From assembly GCF_009914755.1 (NCBI RefSeq), contig NC_060932.1: DNA of 64,000 bases. One strand, 5' to 3'. Shown one piece after another: positions 39,094-53,391 of the stretch. How positions within the stretch are numbered: position 1 is the stretch's first letter; each line of letters opens with the position of its first letter. The position numbers and the translations under genes were made by a program. The notes beneath the pieces are model-generated. The model made no database searches and had not been told where the DNA came from. It saw nothing but the letters and a program-made list of their open reading frames with translations. The stretch comes from the human T2T-CHM13v2.0 reference genome, Homo sapiens.

Positions 39094-39518
39094 CTGTTGT
39101 GGAATTGCAGAGATGATCACTGCACTTTCCAGCTTCTCCTATATGAGGTTCAGTCTGTCATTTATTCTGGTTTGGCCTCATGACTGGCTTTGGCCATTAG
39201 AATATGGTTGAAGTGAGGTTGTGTCACTTGAGCCCATTTTTCAAGCATGCAGTCTCCATTCTCGAACTCGGGGAACGCTGATACAGCCATGTGAATAAGT
39301 CCTGGTTAGCCTTCTGGAAGAAGACAAATAGTGTTGAGAGAGATCCCACCTGTTCTAGCCCAGGTCACCCTAGACCAGTCAATCTCTAGCTGATCTGAAG
39401 CTGATGCAGATGCATGAAATTACCAAGCCCAATCCAGACCAGAAGAATTGCCTAGCTGACTTCTAGAAGTGTGAGCTAACTTTTGGAATGTTTTGTTAGG
39501 CATCAAATCCTAACAGAC
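39094..39518 (+). mobile_element. MaLR solo LTR (MLT1G/H-like)
   Basis: tggcctcatgactggctttggcca...gccatgtgaataag...agaccagaagaattgcctagctga...taacaga. Confidence 0.65.
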
Positions 39519-39776
39519 GGACCCATTGTCTTGCACTGGCAAAGCCACTCTGGAAGACAATACTATGACCACATTTGATTGCTAGAAACATTCATAACAT
39601 TGGCTACAAATGTTTACAAACTAAAAGATGTTCAGATCAGGGTGGGGAGAAAGGCTCTGAAAACCAAGGAGTTGAGAAAGCTTAGTTTGAAAAGTAAAGA
39701 TGTTTTTAGGAACATGAACTCCACCTTCTGAGATCTGAAATTAGTAGGAAAAGTGAGTTGAATAATTTGTAACTTC

Positions 39777-40195
39777 TGTGGTTGGTTGAATATTTCGCTG
39801 CAATTCTTGCCCCGTTGCATCCATTTTGTCATAGCCTTATAACAGGCAGCATGCACTTTCCTTCCCCTTTACCTTGGGATTAGATGTGTGGCTTGCTTTG
39901 GCCAATGAGATGTAGGTAGATGTTATAGAGTGCCAGTTCTGGCCCCATAAGGAACACCTCATGTTTCCACTCATTCTCCTATACTTCTGCTATCACTGTA
40001 ATAACCTAGCCCACTTGGCCCACTGGTCCCAGATAAGGTGAGAAACATGGAACACAGCTACCTCCCACCACCCTTCAGCATGTTCCAGAGCCTTCCCAGC
40101 TAGCCCATACCTTCGTAAGTGAGAAATTAATGGTTATTGTACATGCCTCTGAGGGTGTGATAATGATTCGTACCCAGAAATTGTTGGCCAACATA
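39777..40195 (+). mobile_element. MaLR solo LTR (MLT1I/J-like)
   Basis: tgtggttggttg...tgtggcttgctttggccaatgagatg...gtgagaaattaatggttattgt. Confidence 0.65.
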
Positions 40196-41119
40196 CTGCT
40201 GAGATTAAAATTAGGATTAAAGAAACATAAAATAATTAGGATCAAGGAATAGCTACACCAATAAAGTAGAGTTCTGTTGCATTTAAGGAGGAATTTCTTT
40301 GCCAAGGAAGAAGAACTGGTGAAATTAGGAATTCTGTATCCTGAGGGATGTTCAACCATCAGCAAGATGTACATCGTCTTTGTAGCTGGAATGAGAATCA
40401 GACCTTCATTTCCCGGTGACCAAGATATCAAGTAATTTAGGGGATGAATAGTAGGTCATTTCAGCTGTGTTTCAGCAGAGAGGGAGGATGAGCATGGGAG
40501 CTTATGTGTGTGCACAGTGAAGGTGTTGCTTAGGAGAAGCAGAGGCTGGGGGAGGTTTGTATGCCTCAACAAGATGCTGACCTTTGATCTAAACCTGTGT
40601 GCATTTGTTATCCAATCTCGAATTCCTCCCTCTTACCAACAAGTTCTGCTCCTGAAGATCCAGCTTAAGTCTAATTTTCTCTGTGACAATTTTCTCTGAC
40701 CTTTCTAGCCTACAGGGACCAATGCATTTCTGAATTTTTTATCTTGGCTGTAATTTATATGCTGTCTTTGCTTTTCCTTGACTTCTTTTCCAGGCTGTTA
40801 GATGTTTTCCAGGTACTCACATAGCATTTCCTCAAATTAAAAAACCTGTTACTCTGATCATGGTCTTGTCTCTTTCCTTAAACGTGTGAACTGGTAGAAG
40901 GCCAGGAGTATGGCTTATTCACTCTGGTGCCCCTGTATCAACCACAATGCCCAGCATGCCACAGGGCTTCAGGAAATAGTTCTTAAATGAGTGGACATGG
41001 ATTTCTTTTGTCTTTCTGACTCAAGTATAAATTCCTTAAAAGGCTACTGGTACTCACATTCTCATAGTGCTCCAAGGCCTGTGCATTTATTCATTCAACA
41101 CATATTTGATGAATGATCC

Positions 41120-41702
41120 TTACTGTGGCTTACGAAGTCCTATGTCACCTGGCTCCTAACCATCTCTCTGACATCATCTTGTGTAACTCTTTCTCTGAAT
41201 CACTGACCTTCGCTAGCCACATTCATTTTTTCTCAGTTTTTTTAGCTCTTAAAGTTCTTTCCCATCTCAGGGTTTTGTAGTTTCTTTGGCTACAATATCT
41301 TCCCCTTGATTTTCTGTGGCTTCCTCTTTCTTATCATTCAGATTCAGTTTGAACTTCTCCTTTTTTGAGAATCCTGTTCTGAATACCCAATTTGAGGTAT
41401 CATCCAGCCTCTCTCCATCACATCTTCCAATCTCAGTTTTCTGCATGATATGCCTCACTTTCTGATAATTTCCCTTTTTCCTTCTTTTATTCCTCTCTCT
41501 CTTGCTCCTTCCCTCCCTCTCTCCCTTCCTTCTTTTCTTCCTTCCATCCTTTCTTTCTTACTTCTAACTTGCTTATTTATTTAATTGATTGGCTTTCTCT
41601 GTTAAAATGCAAGCTTCATAATAACAAGCACCTTTTTGGTTTTGTCCACTGCTGTGTCCCTACTGTCTAATAAATATGTTTTGAATGAATAAATGAATGA
41701 AT
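41120..41702 (+). mobile_element. L2 LINE 3' fragment with an internal pyrimidine tract
   Basis: atctcagggttttg...cattcagattcagtttgaa...aatgcaagcttcat...aataaatatgttttgaatgaataaatgaatga. Confidence 0.78.
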
Positions 41703-44338
41703 ATGAGTCTAGGAGTCAGATGAATGTTGGGAATAGACAGGAAAGAATTCAGACAAAGTTATTGTCTTTGAGTATTTTACAATTTCTTGCTGAATGAACA
41801 ATCAATGTGTAAATGATAAAGCAAAATGAACGAAAACAAAATAAACAAACAAAAACAACCAACGAACCAATCAAACAGCAAAACAAAACAGACTGGATTG
41901 CGTGTAGCCCATCTGATGTACTTAAGCCTCAGCTTTCTGTGCAAAATAGGAATAATAATACATAGTTTGCAGGTTTGCCATGAGGATTAAGTGAGGCAGT
42001 GAATGGGCAGCAGCATATCATTCCTAGAATATCATACCTGGAATTCAGCAGGTGCTGAATTCCCAGAATGGTATTCTTGACTCCCCTGCCTCATCTCCCT
42101 TCTGATATGTGAAATAAAGTAATTAAGAAGCTCATATTGGTCTCCCATCTGAACCACTTCAGAGAATTGAACTCCAATTCCAAGTATGACTCCTAGATTT
42201 AAATCCCATTATGAAAATCTCTCTATCCCAAGTTCTCCAGAGTGTTAACAGTGGAGGTGGAACTGATGATAGTTCATTTGTGTGGCATGCACTTTGATTC
42301 TTTCAGAGCCTTTGTGTGACCTGTGAAGTCTTGTTAGTTGCTGTTCCACCGCAATGTGGTGGGGAACTATGTGATAATTGGCTAAAAGCCACTGAAAAAG
42401 CATAAAGTGTCTGGAAATGCTATAGACAGGGCTGGTCTTCTGCAGAGGTGCAGTTGACAACGGCTGGCGTTTCCTGAAACACCACCATTGATGAGTCAGT
42501 CCTTTAGGTTATATCATTGCTAGATAAAACAAAACAAAACACACTTTAGTAGTGATTTGCATGTTCATACAAGTTTGCTAAATAGCAGTGTTTAGTTCTA
42601 GACCTTTAAATAGATCTTGTTCAGCCCTGACATTCAAGACAATTGAAATATTCTGTGAGCAGAACTGTGACCACAACTATAATAAGGTTAAGTGAATCCA
42701 TATTTGGGGATAGTTCTTTCTGAGGCTGGCTGGCTGTGTCTAGTGAAGAGGACCCACAAAAGCCCTGGAGAAGGGGCAAGTTTAGCCACTGGAAGGGGCA
42801 AGGTCAAGGGCAGTTACACAACAGAACTCCCAGAGTTAACTCATATCTTTTCCTACTGTTCCTAATCTATTTCCCTCCCCCCTCCACGTACACGGATGTG
42901 CCCTTTAAATATTTATTTGCCCACCTTTGCAGTGTGCGGTAGACTTTGTCTCACAAGTCAGCTTGATCCCTTTGAAGGTGTTTACTAATTAAATCAGGCT
43001 GGGAGGTTAGGAAAGTTCAGATATATTTATCCTGTATAAAGTAGTCCCTGGACCCAGGACCCCTAAACAGCCCTAGGGAGGTCAGCTACAGTTTCCCTGC
43101 TTACTTTCTTTGTTGGAGGAAGTCCTAATCATTGCCCAATTAAGCTGAATAACGCTGCTTCTTTTTCTACCATTGGCTCCTGGCACAATTCTAAGACAGA
43201 CATCGGAATGGCTGGAGCCAGAAAGCTAAATGCTCTTAACAAGTATGTTTATGGGCCAGTTTCCCACACAGCCGTATGAAATTCTCACTCAGTAACACAG
43301 CATCTGAGCCACAGACACTGACTGAAATACAATATTGGCTTGGAAGGAAGAGTGCTGCTGTAGCACAGGTCATTTCCCTCTAATATTTTAAAATAGTATT
43401 TGTTTCAGAAGAATCTGTGCACATTCATGGATGTATGTGTCTGAGTGTATGTGAGTAGTGCCTGTGTGTATGTGTTTGTATATATCTTCAGCTAAGAGAG
43501 CTTTCTGAAGAGGCGAAACACAAAGTGAGTGGGAGATCTCTGTTGTATTGGGTCTTAGGGCAGCCTCTGCCTCAATACAACTCCATTGTATTAAGTTCAG
43601 GCTTATTTGATTCCCTTCATCCACTTTGTTCATTTTCACTGGTCTGATAGAGAGTGAGAAATAGCTGATCATGATTACATGAAATGTCTGGTTTTGGTCT
43701 CAGGGAATCCCCTTAGAGATTCTTGTCTTAAAGGTCTCATCTAGTTCCAACAGCAAGGCCAACCACTTCCCATTTCTGGAGCAGTGGCATGAAGCACTTG
43801 GGGGTGCCTGAAAGCACACTGAGAATCATGCAGTTAGCACTGTGACAAAGCTGTGGGTGCCCATGGGCTTTTCTAGGCATGGCCTTCCTCTCATGGACAG
43901 AGTCTGGAGCATTCTGCTTTCTGCATCTATGGGTCATCAGTCACAGGGCTGCCATGTCCATAATCCACAGTCTCTTGCTATTTTTACCATGAAACTGGGA
44001 GCACCTTAACCCTGTAGACTCAATCCCTAGCTCTGTGCCCATTAACACAGAATAAATAGCTAGTAGTGGTGTTTCTGGTTTAAAGGGCCTGCACTTTTTA
44101 AGGTTTTGATGAATACTCCCTAATTATTCTACAAAAAGACTTTACCAAGTTCAAGTTTCTTTCCCAATAATCTATGGCAATAATTTCAATCTCCCTCTTC
44201 CCCTTTTTTTTTTTTAACTTCTAGGTAAACATAAGAAAGGAAAACTTTTGTACGGTGAACTTGGCTAAAAAGAAGAATGACGTCTCTGGAACTTTTGCTG
44301 CTTATAGGAATGAGAGCAAAATCCTGGCATGACCATGA

Positions 44339-44731
<393 letters not shown>

Positions 44732-46565
44732 TAATAGTTTTTATGCATCATATTAATTCTGGGTTTTTGCTTTAAAAAAGAAGCCTTTTTTTTTTTTTTT
44801 TTTTTGTAGGGAAGTAAGACTGGATGGTGGGTTAGCAGGGGACTCGAGAAAAGGCAGTCAGTGCTACAGGCGAAGGGATATTAACCTCAGGAGTGACCAG
44901 TGGGATGCAACCAGCCGTTGGGGCTTAAAACTCAAGCACATTTCTCGGATGATAATTTCAAAGAAGTAGCTAGTTTTGGTTGAGGCTGCCTCTGGACTAT
45001 CCCCAGCTTCTCAGTGGAACTCGGTGTTTCTGAATGAATCACAATAAAGAAGCATTACTTGTGGGATGTGGCCAACCTTTCTGTTCAGCTTTTATTGCAG
45101 AGCTGATGGCAGCAGCTGGACTTTACAAAGGTGATGGTGGCTCAAAGCCTTTCTGTTCCACTGTGTCTCATAAAGCTTTTATGAAGCCTCAGTCATCTCT
45201 TCAGCAGATCCTGTGTCATGAAGAAGGATGCAGAGAACACAAGGAGCACCCCATCCATGGTGCATCCCAGGTTTCTAAACCTTCCAGGGAGGGGAAATCA
45301 GCATTTTTGGCTCTGGCCAAGAAGCCAAATTTTTGAAGCTATGGGACTTGTTCCAAACTGCAAGATCTTATTTGATGGGAATGATTGTAGCTTTAGGTAA
45401 TTCTGCGGCTTATTGGCTTGGGTGAGAGCTCCCTAGTGTCTGCTGGAATGTGATGGCTGTAAGACGCAGGGAGGAGAAATGGAAAAGGAGCGTCTTTATT
45501 GACCCAACAGAGCCTTGTAAAAAAGCACCAACTACATATATGCAGTCTGTGCATTTCAAAAGTAACAAACAAACAAAATCAGTTTACCAACTCTTGGGAG
45601 AGAAAATGGATTATCATTCACTGCAAATTCTCCTAGGTAAACAGAAGAGTGCTACACCTGTGCAGAGAGAAAAGTTTTATATATGCTCAACTATGGGTCC
45701 TCAGTATAATACAGTCCCATCATGTATTTCCTGAGACATCTACTAAGGAGACTTCCTAGAATTGAATCTTTCTCATCTTTTTTTCTCTTTTCTTCCTCAA
45801 GTCTTCTGTGACATGTGATAATACAAAACAAAATACAGGTCTTAGAATAAATGTACCTGGAATCAAGTCATTGTGAAATGTTGGGCTTCTTTGACCCTCA
45901 GTATTCCCATCGCAAACCAGGAATAATAAGACCTGCATTTCTCCATTGACCATTAGTAAATTGAGCTTCAATTACCTAGTTAGAGAAAAAGTTAAATATT
46001 GCCTCCAAAGCTTAACATGCATTTTAATATTTTTGCTTTCTGCTTTTAAAAATATGCTTCTCATTTTCTTCCCCTGACTAGCTCTTTGACTGCCAGAGAG
46101 ATGTATAAGCATCTTGAGCTCCACTGGTAGAGTTATGAGTTCTTGAATTTAGAGGTTATTAGAAGAATTTTTTCCTGCTGTTTTCATGTAAATTACCACT
46201 CAGGAAAAAATGGTGGAATAGAATCTTTTTTCCCTTTTATAGTGTCTTTTTCATTGCTTCCAAATTTTTCATAACTTTTCTACAGCTACCAATACCATCT
46301 TATATCATCCAGACTGCCATTGCAATACACTCTTAACTCTTTCCATGCTAGCACATCCTATACACAGCATTCATTCATTCATTCGCTCACTTAGCAAACA
46401 TACCTGGTAGAGCCTGAACATTCTATTAGGCATTAGACATATTAATGAGTTCAAATATCTTCTTCAGATTCCCATCACTTGTCATATAAATGTCAAGGCC
46501 CATTGCCTATGATTCAGAATCCTCTGCATTTACTTATTTCAACCTGCTTTGATACCTTTAACCTA

Positions 46566-46708
46566 CTTTTTCCTTTTTTTTCTTTCTTTTAAGAAATAGG
46601 GTCTTGCAATGTTACCCAGGATAGATTTTAACCTGTAGGTTCAAGGGATCTTCCTGCTTCAGCCTCCTGGTTAGTTGGAACTATAGGTGTATGCTGCTGG
46701 CCCTGGCT
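46566..46708 (-). mobile_element. Old Alu monomer (FLAM-like)
   Basis: agggtcttgcaatgttacccagg...ttcaagggatcttcctgcttcagcctcc; single arm, diverged. Confidence 0.75.
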
Positions 46709-47344
46709 CAACATGCTTTTTAATTCTTTCTCTCCCTACATGGTATTATGAACTCTCAACTCCAGGTGGACCAATCTCCTCTTGTGTCTGTGCCTTTGCT
46801 TTGGTGGTCCTCTTCTGGGTGTGCCCGCCTATCTAGATTTCACTTGTTCAAACCTAATATTCAGTGGGAAGTTCAGGTATTGCTGCTTTTGTGAAACTCC
46901 CCTGACAACAAAGGTTCATAGGACCCTTGTTGTTTAATATCTGAATTTATATAATTAAAACTGCTAGTTATCTTTTTAAGCATATAGGAAAACAACAAGA
47001 TTTCAAGATACTTAAATGAAAAGAGAGAAAGATACTGGTTTATCTGTCCTCTCACCTTCCATAGCATCTCATACAGTCTTACTCAACAAACACTTGCCTA
47101 TTTATTTTTTAAGCCACATAATAACACATAAAAATGGAAAGTGATTCACTGTTGGGGTTATTCCAGTAGTTTATTGCTTCCCTCTTATTTATTTATTTTT
47201 TGGATGACTTCAGATACCAACCTGGTTCAAACCCTTATCAAAAATGACCTTTCCAACTTGGCTCCTGTGGAGTCTTCATCCTTCTTCTGTCATTGCTATA
47301 GAAATACAGGATTCCCTAGTCTAGTCTGGAGAGCACAGTATCAG

Positions 47345-47570
47345 GTAGTGGAAAGAGCTGCAGCCTTGCACAGCAAACTAGATTTGAGTTCTAATTCTCC
47401 CTGCAAATTGTTTGACTCTAGAAATAGCTTGCCTCTCTGAGCCTCAAGTCCCTCTTCTGTAAAGCAGAATTAATAAAACCCATTGCAGGGCTGTTGTGAA
47501 AATAAAATGTGATAATATATGAATATAGTACCTATTTTGCTCACTTCACAGTAGGTGATTGCTAAATTAT
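47345..47570 (+). mobile_element. MIR SINE
   Basis: gtagtggaaagagc...cctctctgagcctcaagtccctcttctgtaaa...gggctgttgtgaaaataaaatg. Confidence 0.75.
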
Positions 47571-47667
47571 AGCTATTATTTATATCGACCATGAATGCTA
47601 TAGTGTTCTGCCTCTTCTAGGGCTCTGGAAGAAGCACTGAACTTACAGCAATGCATACCAGCCTACT

Positions 47668-48205
47668 ATGTAGTGGGCTCTCCCAAATTGTAATTTTGGG
47701 AGCTGTCCAACATGCAGACTCCTTCCTTGTTGGTACAGAGCCTCTTTTTTGTAGTATGGTTGGAGAATAGTGGCCTCTACTTATCACAGATGTCAGAGAC
47801 TTTAAATCCTCCCTCTTTTCATCCCTAGGTTGATAGAGTTTAGCAAATGTCCAGAGTCTGGCCCATTATATCCCTCTGCCACCTTGCCTCTGAGATTTTG
47901 AATCCTGACTGTGTGACTCTTGCTTCTGGGATTTTGAAACCTGAGAGTATGTCCCAAAGCTAAATACTCACGTAAAATTTATTCACAGCTCAGGCAGCTG
48001 CAGTGGTGGTATTCGGCTACATTCTTCCTTCTTCCTACAAGATCATTGTTGAGCTTCCTCCTCTTTAATCATCCAGACTGCTACAGTTCTTGTTCTTCTA
48101 AGTTTCCTGTTGCTGAGAACCTCTGATAAACTTCCAGTAAATCACTAACCCTTCTTCCCCAATTTTTCTCCCTATGTTCTTGAAACCAAGAGCTCAGAGT
48201 GATAT
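47668..48205 (+). mobile_element. Old ERVL-class solo LTR (LTR33/LTR41-like)
   Basis: tgtagtgg start and ttgaaaccaagagctcagagtgatata end resemble this family's termini. Confidence 0.45.
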
Positions 48206-50034
48206 ACTACATGTCCCTGGTGCTTCATTCAATGACAGAGGATCCATGGTGCACTGGCCCACCCTTTGATCTTGTCCCCATGACTGACCGTAAGGCTTGG
48301 TGAAGTCTTCTGCTGTCATCGTTGTTTTATCATAGTTTCCAGGGAATCCTGGTTTTTAAGGAATCCTGGAATCCTGGAGCCAGAAAGAATGTTGAGCTGC
48401 CCTCTAGCTAAGCCATTGGCTTTCCAGTCACCTCCTGTCTATTTTCACAGGATGACATTTCTCAACTTGAATTGTTTCCGTGTTCCGGTTTTCCCCTCCT
48501 CCTTTAGAAGAATGGCCCAACCAATAAAATTCTGGCACCTTCTCTTTTCAACATCTGAACATGTTATCAGGAGACACAAATTCTCGTGTAACCTTTGCTG
48601 TCGATAGTAGTTGTGTAAGCCAATTCATCTCTTTGTCCTTCAGTCTTCTCACCTATAAACTAGGCTAAGTAGCAGCAGAGGGCCATTTTGAGGGGAAAAT
48701 TAAAAAATTGTCATGGTGGAATATTTCAACAACAAGACTGGAAGTAATAAGCAGATGATGCCCTGAATATTTTTCACAGACCAATGATCATAAAATGAAT
48801 GGTAACAACATTAGGAAAGATGGAGTGACTTTTGGGTTTAGCTATTAGCCATGGAGAATTGTGCGTTGAGTGGCAGTGAGGGGCTGGGGGCTGAATGAAA
48901 GCTACTGTTTTTCTAATCAGGTAGTGACCTCTTCTGGGGAAAGAAAGAGTCTAGCAGAGCCTCAGCATTAGGAGACATGTGCAACGTTTGTACCAAGGCA
49001 ACCAATGATAGAGAGGATGGTCCCCAGAGGGAGAAGCTCTTGGGGTAGATGTTTGCCCTGGGCAGCCAGGTGGAAAACAAAAATAAATGAAATGAAACTA
49101 AAAATCACTTTCTGGGTAGCTTTACCCAAAAGAGCTCTCATTGAGAGAGCTAATGAAACCTTGTGGACCTGTGTATGCATTGTGGTGAGGTTACCGTCCG
49201 CGCAAGCTGGCCAGATTCAAGAACCCAAGATTGGTTTTTAGGGTGAATGGTTCAAAAAAGGTCCAGATGGGAAATGTATTTGTGTGCATTCCCATCTGGA
49301 AGGAAAAAGGACTCTTTCAGAGGGACAAACCAAAATTCAAACGAATGGTGAGGTCTAGAGTGGCGAGTGACTTTTGCCCAGTAGTCCTTTAGGTGGTAGG
49401 AAAGGGGCAAGTTCCTATTGCAATCTTGTCAGTTGAACTAGAGTAGTACAAACTGTAAAAGTTTTTTTTTTTTTCTCCCTCTACCACACACCAGTATATT
49501 CATCTGCTACTTAAAGGTCTTGGAAGGAGGAAGAAAGAAAATCTCCAGGAAGTCTTCTGGGTGACTTCAGCAACAATTGCATTACCCTTTTCCAGGTACC
49601 CAAAGGACTTAAATTGTGCTAGAGAATGGAACATTAAATCAGACAGGTTCTGCATTGAAGAGTGCTGCATGACATTACTGAAGATACAAGCTATTGCTTT
49701 CACTTAGACCCATGGACAGCAAGGTGCAGGGCTGATGAAAATCATATTGTCTTATCTATTTTTGAACGGTATTAGAAGAATGGGTCTCAAAAGGTGAAGA
49801 GACTTGCCCAAGGCAGACTCAGAAACATATGGGCATAACTCAAATTAGAGCTGGGGTTTCTGACCATCTTTTTTTTGTTTGTTTTCTGTTAGCAGTCACT
49901 CCTCTTCCACCTTTCTCCAGCCCCGCACTGCATATTAAATTGATTAGTCATATTAATATTAATATCACCTGGATATTAGATAGATTAATATATGGTAGCT
50001 ACAGTTTAAACAACTACCACATGCTAGTCTCTGT

Positions 50035-50265
50035 CCATTCATTCATTCAACAAATATTTATTGCGTGCCTACAATGTGCTAGGCACTGGAGATACAATAG
50101 CAAGCAAAAATGATAAACTCAGCCATTGTCAAAAATGTCATCAACAAAGATATAACTAAAACTGTGCAATCTCTGAAGGCAAGAGATTTGATGTGGTAAG
50201 AGGTTGTGATGGTAAGGGTGGGGCTATTAGGCTAGGGAGAGCTTCCTGAAGGAAGTGAAAATTCT
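50035..50265 (-). mobile_element. L2 LINE 3' fragment
   Basis: cattcattcattcaacaaatatttattgcgtgcctacaatgtgctaggcactggagataca. Confidence 0.8.
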
Positions 50266-51717
50266 GTTCATGTGTTGATCAGGCCTAAAAATCTCAGCAT
50301 CATCCTTGACTTCATTCATTTTCTTACACTCTGTATCCTATCCACCAGCAAATCTGATTGGCTCTGCATTTGAAATATGTTCAGAATCCAGTTGCTTCTT
50401 ACCACCTCTGCTGCCATCCTCCTTTGCCCAAACACTTCTCGTCTCTTGTCTGTATTGTTGGAATATGGTGTCTCTGCTTTCACTCTTGTCTATCCATGCT
50501 CAAATATATTTGGACACCACTGGGTCAAAATTAATTTCCAAGTCTTGTACTGCCGCAGGACTTCTCAGAGGCTTTCACATACTAACCAATGTACTGACTC
50601 TCCAAGAAGTGGGTGCAGTATACAGCATATTACACACATTTGACCACAGGGACTCTTTTCTTATAGTGCATTTCACACAACTGCTGTTTCGTGGAAGACA
50701 TGCTGAAAAACACAGAAAATGTTTATGAAAATATTAATACATCACATAAAGGATTATTATTATTCCACAGGAGTACATGATGGGAAATGGAGCCACCTAC
50801 AACAGTTTCATGAACAGGGAGTCAGGTTTACTGAGTCCTAGCTGCAGTTACCTTTTTCTGAGCTGGGTGGCATTCAACAAGTTATTTAATATCTCTGGGT
50901 TTCCTCATCTGTGAAATACAGACAATAATTCCTGTCCTGTCTACTTTGCCAGGCTATTGGAAGAAACAAATAAAATTAAAAATGTTAAAGAAAGAACTTC
51001 CCCTTCCCTCCACTACACCAAACACAAACTAAACCTGACACCATTACTGTGCTAGTGTGGACACTTAGAAAATCATTAGTATTTTCAGTTACACGATCTC
51101 TGCACTTAATCAATGAGCAACAAATTAACATTTGGTTTATTTATTTAAGCAACCAGGAGTAAAACCCAAAGAGTTGCTGGCTGTTGGCTGGAAATCAAAC
51201 AAAACAAAGAATTAATTGGAGCTAAGGCTGTGGAAAGTGCCAGTCTGTGACATGCATGGAAGAAAGCAAGGAAAGCCTGGAGTGACCTGGATTGCATAGC
51301 AGAAAGAAAAATCCCTGCAGGGGCAGTGTGAAAAGACTAGGGAGGTAAGAGAACCTGAAAATACAGCACTGTAGGTAGAAGGCTGTAAAGCTGGAATGAT
51401 GCTAACAAATACTGTATTATTACCTTAGCTGATAGCGGTGACATAGTGGCCCACACAGAATCATTGAATAGCATCGGGTGTGGTAATTCAGGGAGAGCCA
51501 GTGGGGCAATGTAGAAACTCTAAGCTGGCAAAGTTCTGTGGTTTTTGTAAAGTGCCTATCCAGAGTACATGGTTCATTCATGCCAGATCAGCAAAAGCAG
51601 CTGCTGATGTGATGATGATTTCCCTTTTGAGCTAAACCTCTACAGAGTTCCTTTTTTCTCTAGGGCTTTTGGCTGTGACTGATGACGTAGCCTTAGGCTC
51701 AGGATTCTAACACCCCA

Positions 51718-52770
51718 CAAAAGCAAAAATTGACAAATGGGATCTAATTAAACTCAAGAACTTCTGCACAGTAAAATAAACTATTAACAGAGTAAACAGA
51801 CAACCTACAGAACAAGAGAAAATATTTGCAAATTGTGTATCCAACAAATGTCTAGTATCCAGTATCTATAAAGAACTTAAACAAATTTACAAGAAAAAAA
51901 ACCCCAAACAACGCCATTAAAAATGGGCAAAGGACATGAACAGACACTTCAAAAGAAAACATATATGAGGCCAACAAGCATATGAAAAAAGCTCTATGTT
52001 ACTGATCATTAGAGAAATGCAAATCAAAGCCACAATGAGATACCACCTTACACCAGTCAGAATGGCTATTAATAAAAATTTTAAAAAATGAGAGATGATG
52101 GCAAGGTTGCAGAGAAAAGAGAAAAATTATACACTGTTAGTGGAAGTGTGAATTAGCTCAATCATTGTGGAAAGCAGTGTGGTGGTTCCTCAAAGACCAA
52201 AACACAGAACTATCATTTGGCTCAGTGATCCCATTACTGGGTATATACCCAAAGGAATAGAAATCGTTCTGCCATGAAGACACACACACACATATGTTCA
52301 TTGCAGCACTATTCAAAATAGCAAAGACATGGAATCAACCTAGGTGACCACCAATGGTAGACTGGATAAAGAAAATATGGCACATATACACCGTGGACTA
52401 CTATGTGGCCATAAAAAGAATGAGATCATGTCCTTTGCAGGAACACGGAAGGAGGTGGCAGCCATCATCCTTAACAAACTAACACAGGCACAGAAAACCA
52501 CATACGGCATGTTCTCACTCATAAGTGGGAGCTAAGTGATGAGAACACATGGACACAAATGGGAACAACAGACACCGGGGCATACTTGAGGGTGGAAGGT
52601 CGGAGGAGGGAGAGGATTAGAAGAAATAGCTATTGAGTACTATGCTTGGTACTTAGCTGATGAAATAATCTGTACAACAAACCCCCATGACAAGAATTTA
52701 CCTGTATAACAAACCTGCACATGTTTCCTTGAACCTAAAATAAAAGTTAAAAGATAAAAATAAAAATAAA
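51718..52770 (+). mobile_element. 5'-truncated LINE-1 (L1PA15/16-like)
   Basis: caaaagcaaaaattgacaaatgggatctaattaaact...; 3' UTR aatctgtacaacaaacccccatgac. Degenerate TSD AGGATTCTAACACCCCA (51701-51717) and AGGATTCTGAAGCCCCA (52771-52787). Confidence 0.94.
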
Positions 52771-52847
52771 AGGATTCTGAAGCCCCAGACTAACTTACAC
52801 TCAGTAAATACATTTTGATGTATTTGTGGGCCAAAGCTCCTAATGGA

Positions 52848-52888
52848 GATGATGATGATGCTGCTGCTGCTGATGACGATGATGACTG
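52848..52888. repeat. (GAT)n(GCT)n compound trinucleotide repeat
   Basis: gatgatgatgatgctgctgctgctgatgacgatgatgac. Confidence 0.88.
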
Positions 52889-53057
52889 TATTGATAATGG
52901 TAATAAAAAACATAGCTTTCATATGGAGTCAGGTTACATGAGATACAATACTCTTTCAGAGGGACAAAGCAAGATTCAGAGGATGGTGATGGTGAGGTCT
53001 AGAGGAGCAAGAGACTTTTGCTCAATAGTCATATAGCAGCTCAGAAACCACACTCAT

Positions 53058-53391
53058 GGCCAGGCATGGTGGCTCATGCCTGTAATCCCAGCACTCTGGG
53101 AGGGCAAAGCAGGGCAGATCACGAGGTCAGGGGATTGAGACCATTCTAGCTAACATGGGGAAGCCCTGTCTCTATTAAAAATACAAAAAATTATCCAGGC
53201 ATGGTGGCACACTCCTGTAGTCCCAGCTACTCAGGAGTCTGAGGCAGGAGGATCGCTTGATTCTCCTGGGAGGCAGAGCTTGCAGTGAGCCGAGATCGCA
53301 CCACTGCACTCCAGACTGGGCGACAGAGCGAGAATCCATCTCAAAATAAATAAATAAATAAATAAATAAATAAACAAACAAACAAATAAAT
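53058..53391 (+). mobile_element. Alu (AluY-like) with (TAAA)n/(CAAA)n tail
   Basis: gatcacgaggtcagg...gagaccattctagctaac, agcttgcagtgagccgagatcgc; flanks share cacactca. Confidence 0.94.

Noticed and set aside
52815-53036. ORF with poly-D/poly-A
   Set aside because: Translation of a (GAT)n(GCT)n microsatellite.
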